Assembly (NCBI GenBank): GCA_002633005.1
Contig: NMRA01000229.1
Span: 543,505-607,504 of the forward strand
Reading direction: 5' to 3'
DNA: 64,000 bases
From: Phoronis australis
Lineage: Eukaryota; Animalia; Phoronida
Part shown: positions 52,086-64,000 of the stretch, piece after piece
How the letters are laid out: each line of letters starts with the position of its first letter
How positions within the stretch are numbered: position 1 is the stretch's first letter
Position numbers and translations under genes: made by a program
The notes under the pieces: model-generated
Told to the model about the DNA's origin: nothing
The model's input: the letters and a program-made list of their open reading frames with translations, nothing else
The model's database searches: none

Positions 52086-52315
52086 TTAGCAGTGCCGAAT
52101 TTATGGGGGCGGGTAAAAGGACGACGTTTCGGCTGGTAAAGGACGGTCATTCCTGTAGACATCATCAGGTGTTACAGCGTCCTTCGAGAAGGCGCACGGG
52201 TACCTCGTACACTAATGGTGGGCAGTTATATTCCTGGTGCACGGCAGTGCTGGACTCGATTGACAACTCAAAGCTCCCAGGTTCAAACCGCGAATTGCAG
52301 GGCCAGAAAAAATAA
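52086..52315 (+). CDS. Putative terminal coding exon of the pleurin-like precursor (VSSAEFMGA-GKR...; two Cys)
   Basis: Pyrimidine tract ctactttcacccctgaatag| ends at 52085. The phase-1 join to the 48718 donor lands in the frame that stays open to TAA at 52313-52315 and contains a GKR amidation/cleavage site at 52112-52120. The spliced product would be 181 aa. Confidence 0.5.
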
Positions 52316-54090
52316 GGATGCTGAAAGACCTGAGGCGTATTTCTCGGAAAGTATAGTGCCAAAAGTGGATTTTGCTTTGACTTTTATTCTGTTCCTGAGC
52401 AGGCTACGGATTTTGTCTTGGCTTCGAATTGTACATGTAGGCAAATTTCCTGACTTTTAGCCTCGGCTCCATAGGAAGTGCAACTATGAATAGACTATTA
52501 GTCTGTGTAAATAGACTTATAGATTTTAGGAATGGTGTCTGGTAATCTTTCTGAAAAAGTAACAAACGAGTGTTATGTAAAGTTCATAGGGAGCGAACGA
52601 TTCTTCCAATTTTCATTTGATTGGAATAGTTAATATGACAAGTCAATATTGCTGTCTCGGTATATATTTTTGCTGTTTTTATAGGAGAATCTATATAAGT
52701 GAAAATTGTTTCGCTAGAAAAACGTGAAGTTCAACCGTGACCAGCCTCCTGGGTCTGTTACTATTTTCATTTGTTTTCAAGCTTGCATAGAGAAATGATT
52801 GCTGCGCTTCAGCACGTTATCACGTATTATGTGTGGCTATTTTGAATTTACAGCACAGCTGTAGGTGATTCTTTAATCGAATGTTAGAAAAAATAATTGA
52901 GCAGCACAAATCACGGGAATGCGTCGTTTGCCCTTTTTATTTCCTGGTTTCTCACAACAAATACGGCATCACAATCACACCTAGTGCCACAAAGAAGGAG
53001 AGGGGGGCAGGTGGGGGAGCGCATGAACTTAGCACTGTCGACTATTAACCCGGAATAGTAGACAATCTTCGAAAGGGTCGAGTAAATTAGAGAACATGTT
53101 CATGCGAAGCACTTTAGTATCACGTGAGAGAGTATTAAGAGAAACAAAGCAACATCATTTTAGAAATTTGAAGACCACTGTTTGTGAATTACGCAAAGGC
53201 AATATTCTCCACGATTTATAAAGCGATAAAAATCTCGACAATTTTTCCCAAAGAATTCAATAGTAATTCTTTTGAAGATTGTTATTAGGAAAGCATTAAT
53301 GACGATGTGAGACTTGTTCGTACGAAACTCGCTGTGTCAATCAGACTGCCAGGAGTGCTATTTTTGATAATCGTGTACAATGTACATTTCTAACTGGTGA
53401 AGCTGCTCCCACTGTATTTGTTGGGCACCGTAAACAAAAAAAATCTGCGATTTTTGGTCTACATGTTTAATTCATAAAATGTGATATGCTACCACTGGAG
53501 TGAACAAGAACTCGCGTTAACACGAAAAAAATTTGAAACTTTCTTGGGCGTAGGCACCCAAACACCCGTAGAATGCCACGTCTCCGGTGCTCTCCCGATG
53601 ACCCTTGAAGTACTCTACATGTACATGTATTTGGACGGATCCGTTCGGAATTTGCCAACACTTTCGTACAGTGAATTACGGACTTGCAACTTGACAACTG
53701 GCGATTCATTCAAAATGCGCGCTGTGAGTGCATTGACAATCTTAGATTTTCTGGTAACATGCAAGGGTAACGAAAATCGATAGATTCATAGACTATTTTC
53801 ACTGTTAAGTTAAGTTAATCTAATTTGAAATAAATTTGTAATGCTTCAATGGACTCCGATGCTGGCTGAAATTCCGACTCCAAACAGTAAAGAGCTCTGT
53901 ACTAACCCTCTAAGAAGTTGGTGTTTCTGTGAATTTTGACCTAGGGAGATGAAATTTGGGCAGTTTGATATCATTTGTCCACCCCCGGGGGAAGGCAAAA
54001 CAAAACCTCGGTTGCCCACTTTTAACATGTACTTTTGAAACAACCCTTTAGGCGGTGTACCAGAGACCTTAGAACCGCACCCTTACAGTA

Positions 54091-55790
54091 TAGGCCATAG
54101 TCTATTCGACTCTAGGAAGCCTAGAAAATCACTTCTGTGGCTACTTTTTTGTTTTTAGGTCATTAAGTACTAGACTTTACGAATCTATAAAGTTTCCAAG
54201 GTTTTACTAGCACGTTTTCGAGAAATTTATCTCAAATATCTGACTTTTTGCAATATTTGGCACAGAAAACCCATTTTCGAAAACCAACAACACTAAACAA
54301 AATCTGAATGATGATTTGATTGGGGTTTGTTCATTTGAAGTTATTGGAGAAGAAAAGTGATAAATATTAATAAATATTATGACATTATGTGAAAAATTGC
54401 TAAAAAAGAGGAAAAGAAAAATTTTAGCAACGCCTCCTGTTGGCCACAAAACATACTACTATATTCTGAACTCCTACCAAAAGAGCAACACTGTTAAGCA
54501 TTTAGAACTTGATAAAGAGTTGATATCACAACCTACATATGAACAACATACATTTCCAAGCATCTACAATGAATTCACTGTAATCACTTTCATTAATTGT
54601 CATAATTAATTATTATCCACATTGCAGTTCACTGTCAACTGCCACAGAGGAATGATAAACCGTACAGTTCTGACTGCCACGAGGATAATAAAATGTTGTC
54701 AATATTTTCCATTAGCTTACAAAATTATAGTTATTTAACAACATAGCACAAATTTATTTTTTTCTTCATCCACTCCATCATCATTTACATCATCATTATT
54801 GTCATCAAAACTTGTTTCTTGAGACACCGTGTTTACACAAGACAGTCACACAACTTAGAACATGGCATGCCTGACTCCAAACAAGAGCACGTTTTTGTAC
54901 TACAACCACCCTTTTTACATTTGCAATTAACATTTTAATGACATTTTCTGGGGCTAAAGGCAGAGTCATCCAGTGGAACTTCAGATCACCAAAAGCCACC
55001 CATTACCTATTAACTGGAGAAGGTGCACTGGCATGCTGTTGCGAGGCTCTTTTGTGAATGGCACACTGGTAGTTTGCTCTTATGGCATGTAACAGCAAAC
55101 AATCATGATGAGGAGGCAGAGATGATTCCATCACAGATTTCAACCTGAATATGCGGTAGCGCCGAACTCATGATGATGAGTCGCCGTACAGCTTGCATAC
55201 AAAAGGTTCAATGCCTTCCATGAATTGACCAGGAACCACAAATGCTGAGCCCAATTTTAATGAAAAGGTTTAAAAATATCTGTGCAAGCCTACACCCTAC
55301 CCGGCATTAAAAAATTTGTCAACCTGGATACCGTTTCGTCTAAACATATCAGCCATGTTACAGTAATCTTTTTACTGAAACAGATAACCAAAATGCTCTT
55401 CACTTTAGCACACAGCATGGCCAATTACTTGAACACCCATCCAAGAATTAATTCTTCTCAATGTGGACAGTAGTTATAAACAACTTAGCCTAGCCAGCAG
55501 GATAAGATCTACTGGCTGTCCTCGAATACTTTCATGAAGCAGATAACTTGGGAATGGGAAAAGTACGGACACAATATTTTCCTGGCATTTGATTGACTGT
55601 GCTGATCATTTTGCACTGACACCTGGTGGCTAACATATTAGTTGAGGCTATTTTTAAATTAAAATTCTAATTAAACGTGCTTTTTTGAAATTGACTTTTG
55701 AACATCTGTAGATGGGTTTAATCCAAAGTTCCATTGCCCCCCGAAAGTAGCCACAGAGGCGAAAGATAGGAGAGCTGGGACTATGGCCTA
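54091..55790 (-). mobile_element. Second Academ-type element, non-autonomous (1.7 kb)
   Basis: TIR taggccatagtc / gactatggccta, plus subterminal ctgtggctacttt / aaagtagccacag. 3-bp TSD GTA (54088-54090, 55791-55793). Minus-strand remnant of the Academ C-terminus. Confidence 0.88.
54805..55330 (-). pseudogene. Academ transposase C-terminal fragment with Cys-rich zinc finger
   Basis: Minus-strand frames read SLPPHHDCLLLHAIRANYQ, HWMTLPLAPENVIKM and NCKCKKGGCSTKTCSCLESGMPCSKLCDC, with frameshifts. Confidence 0.8.
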
Positions 55791-55988
55791 GTATGTACCC
55801 CTTCAGTGCATGTCCCTAAAAACAGGATTTTCCCTAAACTGGACCCTAATAAAGTAAATCGTGACCGGCTTTGGTATCATTTTCCCTCTTGGAAATTGAC
55901 GAAACTATAACCAACAACTCCATCAACTCATACCGAGGTGATTCTGTTTCTTACTGAAATTCTCAAGATTACACAACCCGCACGCCTA

Positions 55989-56260
55989 TTACGATCTGGG
56001 TGAGAAATTGGCAGCAACTAGGGATTGATATCGTGGTAATTGGACGGGAAATGTTTTCTTTCCTACGAGTCCTTTAAAGCGTCCTAAGAGAGAGAGCCGG
56101 AGGTAGCGCTTTTGTCGGGGGAGTGCTCCTGGTGTCGGCGGGTTATAGGTGGAGGTAAAGCTTATGTTCACTGCAGATGGAGGGTAGTAAAACTGGTGTC
56201 TACCTCGGTGCGAGACTGGATGGTGACGGGGACGAAACTGGATTAGACGAGGAGTTGCAC
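55989..56260 (-). CDS. Candidate terminal exon of an unknown minus-strand gene
   Basis: Minus-strand ctaat...tttcatag| acceptor. The phase-1 frame is open for ~90 codons (GATPRLIQF...RQKRYLRLSLLGRFKGLVGKK...) and is more GC-rich than its flanks. Confidence 0.3.
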
Positions 56261-59200
56261 CTATGAAACGTTACATTAGTAAATCGAACATCGGTTACAT
56301 ATATCATCTATAGTTTCAAGCATCAAATGTCAGGTGTTTCAATTATAGATGATGACGGATATTAGATCTCCTAATTAAAGTCCCAGGCAAGGCAAACCGC
56401 AGAAGTGAGTCTTCAAGTTGAAGCAATCAATGAAATCCTTTCGGCCTGCCTTTGTATTTTGTGTAGGAAAACTAACTTGCCTTAAAAGCATGAAACAAAC
56501 GATGGTGCTGATTGGGGCTTTAAAGATGTATTTGTATGCTCCTGACTATGCTAATGTACAGCAGGAACTAATCGACAATGCTATTTTAACATAATCTACG
56601 CTAAACAAAGTGCAATTGTATTCACCGACAACTTGTAAATTTGAAAATAAAAAATCTGCAAATAGGTGGCCTTTGCACTAATGACGTACCTCACGTCCTC
56701 ACATAGCTCGCATCATGCAGAGCTATTCCCCAGCATCATGTCACGATACTTACTGGACACAGTTCAGTGATTTGCGGCTGATCATTTTCGCCACAAACTC
56801 GTTCTTAAAAAAACATTTGGCAATTTTCAACCTACAGTGTACATCATATTCACATCGTCTCTATATGTTGTGTTTCTAATTAATTCGGCCAAACAATCAC
56901 AGAGATAAGGAATTAGCAAGTTCCACTTCAAAGATACTTTTTCCGCTTAACTTCAGTTGAAAACTCCACAAAACGGACTTTAACGCGACTTAGTTCAGTC
57001 GAAACTAAAACCCAAGCATCGCTCATTCACCACAACTCCAAATATTTTCAAACTTAACTGAACTTAACGAATTTTTTTTTAATTTAATTTTATTTGTGAA
57101 TGGCGACATTATAGGCACTTGCTCAACTGCTGCCATATGTAATTTGGTTTCCACTTTAGAGAAAATAAATATAATAGTAAAATATGGCAAACACAAACAG
57201 GGCTAAAATTTTATATTTCAGTGTACATGTATCTTTCGACTGACGAAACTCTTCCTGTGTTCTAAATTAGTGAATGTAAAGAAAATTTTAGTTCGTCTGA
57301 GGCAATTCGAGTCGTATTCACATGATTAAGTGTTCGGCGATGTCTAGCTATTGTGGTTTCATGGCCTTTCAAATTTGTTAACGCTGTTTTCTGACTTTTC
57401 CAGTATGAATCATACCAATAAACTGACCATCTGAGCCCAAGGCAATGACGACACCTACTTCACAATACTCATTTTCTCTTAAAACAGAGAAATTATGAAG
57501 TACATCTTGTGGCTAGGTAGCGATAGGAAAGTTGGTGGACAGATTGTCATGCAAAGGAGTAAAATAAGTCTTTAGTATTGCTAATGCTCTTGTTTGCAAA
57601 ATCAAAGCTTTTGCAAACGAGGCTGTCATCAGGTGTGGTTCTCATCACCACCAACCAACTACCGGATATTTTCCCCGTTCAGCTTAACACAACCTTTTTC
57701 GGACTTTGTTACAATTTCCTGTGGCTCCTTCTGACTCTGGACCTGACAGTGTGCCGGAAATCCTGGTAAACAGACTACCTTTTAACGATTTGGAGGGCGA
57801 CCACATGTGCCAGTTTTCTCTGCACATAATTTTTGTATAGCTCGACGCATGCTATTTATTGACTGTGCGACAATATGCATCCCAAACACCTGTTACCGTG
57901 ACGAAGCGACGACTTGGATCGTACTTCTACCGGTTGCGACAAAAGTCGCCACAATCCGACCTTTTCCCTAAGAAACCTCTATTAGTCACAGAGTGTCATT
58001 CGTTCGTCGTAACTCTAAAAATTGCTGATCGTAATCAAATGAAACTTTCTGGTACTGTTCTCGAAAACGGTGTTAGGAATCACTTTTGGGTAAGGTCCTA
58101 TCGTACTAGTGTGAGTTTCATGATTCCTGAAGGTACACAAAACAAATGTTAAGCAACTGTGACTGCTTAATTCTGATTTCGTCTTGAGTATTTATGTCAA
58201 CGGTACGGGCGTTGCCAAGTTTGATTAAAATGCTTGATGATTATCATCCTATGGGTTATTTCTTGCAGTGGGAAGTACTCGCTGATGAAAAGTCTTTCTG
58301 GAAAGCTCAGATTAAAGCTTTTCACCTAATTACATTAGCCTTTATTTGCCTTAGGGAAAAATCATCTCTCCCGAACTAGCAGTGAAACCAAGCATCTCAA
58401 TCCCGAACACTAGGCGGGCATTCTGACAACAGAGCTATCGAGCCCGTGCCAGCAAACGGTTACATAGTTCACTTAAGAAGAATATTTCCGCGCTATAAAC
58501 GGATTACGCAACGGGGTGATAGGTACTTTACTACTATTCCTCCATGACTGAACCCAGCAGTCATGCCAGCTTTAAAGTGGAATGCAGCGCCTATTCCTGG
58601 CATGGTCAAGATAGCTCGGGAAATCCTGGGCTCCATTCTTGGTAAATAAAGCCTACTGTAATCAAGCGAAGCACCAAATTTCTTTCTATGCAGAATCAAC
58701 ATTGAATGCCAGAGAACAGTCACGTGATCCAGTCAATGGGCAAATAAAAATAAAAACAAAGTTGGTTCTGGTCAGTATCACGACTCATTTAAAATATGTG
58801 CCTCACAACTTGAATCTGGAATGCCTTGATTTTGAATTATTTGGAATAAAAACTGTGAAAGATTTTATAAGTTTTCACAGGGTGTGGAATTTTGTCAATG
58901 GAAACGTCTTAGTTAACTTTGACTTAATTTGGTATTGTTGCGACCACGGTTAATGAATATTCGTGATGGAGACTACAACATGACCAATATATCCCGGAAT
59001 ATGTTGAATATAATGAATGCAGATTTTCAAATTCTTCATCCAGCTGGTGTAGAGGTAAATATCCTACTTTCACTTTCTTTTAATTCTGCTCTTTACTGAT
59101 GATCACGTGTTAACCAAGCGTATAGTGACCGAGCTAAAAAAAGTCGTGGTTAACCAACAGACACCGAAATGGGTAATGGACAAGATACAAGAGTGCCGGA

Positions 59201-60289
59201 AAAACATAGTCCGTAGTCGTGCAAGGACATGCGACTTTGAAGGTTTTCCTACCCGGATCAAACATGACGATTCGTTTTGATCTAGAACACACAAAATAAA
59301 AATTCGAATTTGAACTGTGTTACCGTCAAATTTTAAAGAAAAAGTCCCTCGTATCAATTTCAACCAAGGTCTCGATTTTTTAAAAAGTCCCTCAAATGCG
59401 CTGAAGCAAAGTTTTACTCGCAGTAGCTTACCAAGTGAGGCATAATTACTCCTGTCGAGGATGCACTGTCTCGCACGTATAACTTTGATCGTGTTGATTA
59501 TTATTTTTAAAATGGCTAGCTAAAAATACTACACCGCCGCATCATTTTTTTAAGTAAAATACAGAACCAATTATGCTTTTTGGTCAGCTAGGAGAAAATG
59601 CGCGCTTTTTACTGGGTTGAATTGTATAGTGTCGTACATCTAGATACTCGGCTAATTCGGAACCTATTACTTCTTGCACCTCATTAATATTAATTCGAAA
59701 ATGTTGACGTTTATTATTTAATCAAGGTTGGACTGCATTGTAGTCATTATCTAACTAACTCTACGAATTACGGTATTATCGTCAAGTTCTATAATGTGCG
59801 AAAATGTTGTCACGTGATCTCCTATTACGTCACAAGAAGACAAGAACGAAGTCGACGGATTCTTGAACATTATTGAAGTCTGAGTCCTTCGTATTCGTAC
59901 TCGTTATCTTCCAGTGATAAACACAAACTGAACACGTGAACTCATCCGAAATGTTCTCCCTTACACCATCTGATTCATTTTTGTCTGTGTCGGCCAATGA
60001 CCCACAATTCAGCTGTGTTTTAACTAGTCGGTGTAGCAACAACATGGCGTTAATAAAAGCGTTTCAGTGAATCTAAACAATTACTCTTTGGGTATTTATG
60101 ATTTTGTTTCACATATTAACATCGTTTTAAAAGGAAAAGTTTGCAAGTCGCAGTTAAACACGCCATTTCTTTTTAAGTCGTAAGAACGAGTAAATGAGAC
60201 ACCATCTCAGGGCTAAGGAATTTTCTGTAATTTTAAGGTCTTGTGCCAAAACGATAGCATCCACCTCAATGTGCAAATTGGTAACTTAA

Positions 60290-61926
60290 AGGAGAATGCC
60301 ACCCGATTTAAATAGTCTTTTTTACCGTCTTAGTCGGTCTATATCCACATCGCCTTTTATACGGTCGACCTGAGTTGTCGCGTTAAACTGTGAGGAAGGT
60401 GATAAACGACGCAGTGACGTCAGTGGTTCATTTGCAGAGTGAATGTCGCTACATCCCGGTGCATCGTTCCCGCTTGTCCGAACTATGAAGCTGCAAAGAA
60501 AGCGGGTATATCGTTTCTACGACTTCCTCGAGAGCCCGAAATGCTTAGGAAGTGACCCGCGGTAGTGAAGAATGAAAGATACGCTGTAATAGCAGGCATG
60601 AGGCCGTGAAACATCTGGTCTGTGGCCGGCATTTCGTCGACTCTGACGAATTCCGTTTTACCAAAGAATAATCACAGCGCCTCTCTATTATTTCTTGATG
60701 AGTGCATTGCGGTTCGAACTGATAGCCTGTGAAACCTGATCCGATCCGTGAAATCTTCGTCAGATGAGCTCTTGACTAAGTCGGGATTGGGGCCGGGCGA
60801 GTTGCCATGTAGAGGTGTATTATTCAAAATGAATTATTCTCATCGTAACCAATGCTTATATAAAACTGAAACAAAATCTGTCTCATTAGACCCAATGTGT
60901 GATAACTTTGCAGTATTCGTGAGTGCATATGTTGAGAAGCCAGCAATGAATAAACCACTGCATTACTCGCTTTTGATACCGGCAATAAAGGCAATTGACA
61001 GGGAACCGAGGCCGTGTGAGCGCATGCTAATTCTGTGTCTGCTGACGCAAAGGTGTTGTGAAACAATTACTCGATTTTATATGCTATGGGGAATCTTTAT
61101 TTAGAAATACAAGTACATAATTCAAATCATTGTTACTGTACAACCTCTGCCCTGACTGTCTGTGGAAGGGGAACCCGACTTCTCGGCCCCCGACAAGTAA
61201 GTAGATTTTCAGTTTCGTGGCTAATTCACATAAATAATTGCGTGCACATTATTTCTTTGGCTCACTATTATAGTCTTTTCGTGACTGGAGGTTTAGTTTC
61301 CAACTCAAGCTGGTTTATGTTCATGCCAGTCCCGGCGGCCGCAACGGGCTTAATCCGGTTCCGAGCCACTGGCCGGGATAACGAGTCAGTCCGGCCGCCC
61401 TGATCGGGTTCCGAGTCACTTGCCGGGATATCAAGCGTTTTGTATGTTTAGAACTCCAAAAAATCACAAGTCTAAACAACACAGATTTAGGTTCTCCTGC
61501 CTGTATTTCACGGAAGAATACTTCGAATTTATCACCGAACAGACCCCAAATTCCCGCTACGGATCTTGGTAAATTGGCATGCTGAACTTTGTAGGCTACG
61601 GTGTGTCCAAATACCAATAATTCCGTAACAGCGAAATAAAACAACACGTTTGTATAAGAACTCGGTGTATTTTAAGGGTTTTACATCGAAGTTTGATGAT
61701 TTATTGGAGTTAAACGATTAATTCAAGCGATAAGCCGGCGACATCAGTAACCCGTGTTGTGAACTGCTGAACAGACTGCGTGTGAAACCGATGACGTTAT
61801 TGGATAATTTCAGCATCTCCGTCTGCCGTCAGCTGTCAGGTAACGCAACCGAACGTGCCGATATCGAGTAGAGCTACTCAATCTAAATTGATACAAAATG
61901 GGTTGTTTTTTGGGTGGCATTCTCCT
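60290..61926 (+). mobile_element. Kolobok-type non-autonomous DNA transposon with THAP remnant
   Basis: TIR aggagaatgccaccc / gggtggcattctcct, flanked by TTAA at 60286-60289 and 61927-61930. Confidence 0.85.
60445..60650 (+). pseudogene. Decayed THAP zinc-finger domain
   Basis: Reads SRCIVPACPNYEAAKKAGISFLRLPREPEMLRK*...HLVCGRHFVDSD, the C2CH pattern. The conserved Trp position is TGA and there is a later frameshift. Confidence 0.75.
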
Positions 61927-62199
61927 TTAAGCTGAGGTCCGTAGGCCGCAAGGCATTAGCTTGAAACTTGCGGAGAAAAATCTTCACCACTTACCGAACG
62001 CATACAGTGATTCCAGTTCCATATTATATCACTCCGCGGACCAATCACTTCAGTAACCACCATTTTGTTGGTCTAGGCTGCTACACGTAAGCTCCTGAGC
62101 ATACTGGAGAAACTCTCGTCCTTTGCTCAAGTGATTTTTGGTTTAGCGAGATCTTGCTTCTCTCGCTAGAAATTAGATCTGCGATAATTTCGTGTGCGC

Positions 62200-62420
62200 C
62201 TCTGTAGTCCGATGGTTTGATAATCCAAACTATTTCAAAAAGTGTTAGGAAATACGGAAGGTTCAACTGAAAAATCGGAAGGTTCGATAGTCCGAAAACC
62301 GTAAAACGCATAGGTCTCCATAGTCCGAAGGTTCTATAGAATCGTCCATAGTTCGGACGTAGTAGTTTTGTTTTCGGACTGTCAAACCTTCAGATCATAG
62401 AATCTTCAGTCTATGGACAT
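62200..62420. repeat. Degenerate short-unit repeat (tagtccgaaggttc) with inverted copies, MITE-like
   Basis: Repeated agtccga/ggaaggttc followed by ttcggac/aaccttc. Confidence 0.55.
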
Positions 62421-64000
62421 GGATTCGCACTTTCAGGAATTATAGTTTCTGTTTAGGTATTGGAACTTTAGTGAGTTTAATCAGTTTATTCTCACCCCGT
62501 ATGTAATTAATATTGAACTAATTGTCTACGCCGTTTATTTCTCGAAATGGCTTCAGGCCGTGTTCAGATTGAACTTCAGTATGTTATAACACACGTAGTT
62601 GTTGTTCGTATTGTTGTTAAAATTGTCTAGACTTCTATGAACTCCGTGGCTGCTATCGGCAACCTTTACTTAGCATTAGATTAATTTTCAGTTATCTATT
62701 TACAGGACCAGTTCCCGCAACAAATAGCTATCGGTTAAGTCGGAGTATATTTATAGGACCTCAGGCCCGACGCCACTGATGATGACGTTATTTTTGTGGA
62801 AACACATCCAAGGTGGAAACACGTGATCATGAGACTGAGATAATTCTGCTTGACTGAAAATACTTTTATGATAAGTAACTCTACGACGTCCGAAATGCCG
62901 AGATAGAACAATTGCTAATATCAGCGAACTATTGTGTGAGAGCAGACTTTTGAGCTTGCACATTGTGACGTATTTGTGTGTATATTGGCATCTACAAAGA
63001 TCGTTTCCTTTTTGTTGTTTTGGCTAAAGCAGTTTAATTTTTAATGTTGTCTATGGTCCGTGACCACTAAACTGTACTCAAGACTTGACTCGAAAATTGA
63101 CCAATGACTTCGCGTGAAATGTGAACTGTTTATTCGAATCGTGCAACGGTATTGGCAAATTTTCGTGTCGAGCCTCGAGTAGCGTTTGGCAATCAAGAGA
63201 AATGAATTTGTGAATGAAGCTGGGGTAATATATGACTTGGCTCAAACCTTGGTGTCCTGAATACACTGCTGCTTGAAACACTTCGTTTGCTTCCACAGGA
63301 AGCATCTTGATAATTAAGCTCTTTATGGTGATCAAAACACATCGTAGGGAATCTTCCAATAATACGTTTGCGAAGGACTTTCGCCATTTTGACTTTGCGC
63401 TTGTGGGAGCTTCCCAACAGCAACTATCTCGTGAGGTGTGAATTTTGAGTTCTTTATTTGGGCTTGCAAACATCACCAGGTGGTGCACAGGGTAAAACAT
63501 AACAATTGCCCGTATGCACAAGTAAATTACAACACTTTGGCAAAGACGGGTTGCAAAGCACCCCTCGATCAGCAGCATTTGAGTGAGATGGCGCCATTGC
63601 TGTTTTGTCCGATATAGCGCGGGATTTTTTTTGTAATTCTGAACTGTTTTACTCATCGACAATATGAGACATGAAAGAGTGGGTAAAGTTGACGACGCTC
63701 GATGGTTGAATTCACTTCTAGACTGATTCCTAGGTTGCCCTGAGAAAATAGGTGAGAACGGTGAGGGAAGGAGAGGCGCATACCACTCGCCAGTGGAACA
63801 GGGAACATCGATGTCGGTGAGATGTTGCAGAGTAGAGGCATGGGTTCATGGGCCTATGTCAGACACATACTTTATTTAAAGTGATTATAAACCCGCTATT
63901 AATCACAAAAATATATTTAATTCCGTCTACGTACCATTAAATTGGTATCAAATTGTTCCTTAATCAAAATTGTGGTGATTTCTGGCTTGCAAAAGAACTG

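Overview
Eukaryotic, AT-rich, repeat-dense DNA from a draft assembly (three N gaps plus one single-N join). It is probably from a lophotrochozoan such as a mollusc, inferred from the pleurin-type gene. The only well-supported host gene is a + strand PRXamide neuropeptide precursor: splice acceptor at 48396, signal peptide, then FFYMKDRIKHYPRM-G-RR. A phase-compatible downstream exon (52086-52315) would add a second amidated peptide, ...SSAEFMGA-GKR, resembling EFLG-amide/TRH-type peptides. Most other recognisable sequence is transposon-derived. There are two Academ-type elements with TAG termini and 3-bp TSDs; the first contains a 9-bp-TSD MITE and an internally deleted Gypsy-type LTR element with a 5-bp TSD. 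Also present are a Kolobok-type element with a decayed THAP domain, a hAT transposase fossil that keeps an intron, LINE remnants in an old tandem duplication, several MITE families, and mini/microsatellites. Weaker candidates are a three-exon minus-strand chain at 55989-57762 and a 255-codon stop-free frame at 63081-63845. No rRNA, tRNA or CRISPR features were seen. All calls come from reading the sequence by eye; no searches were run.
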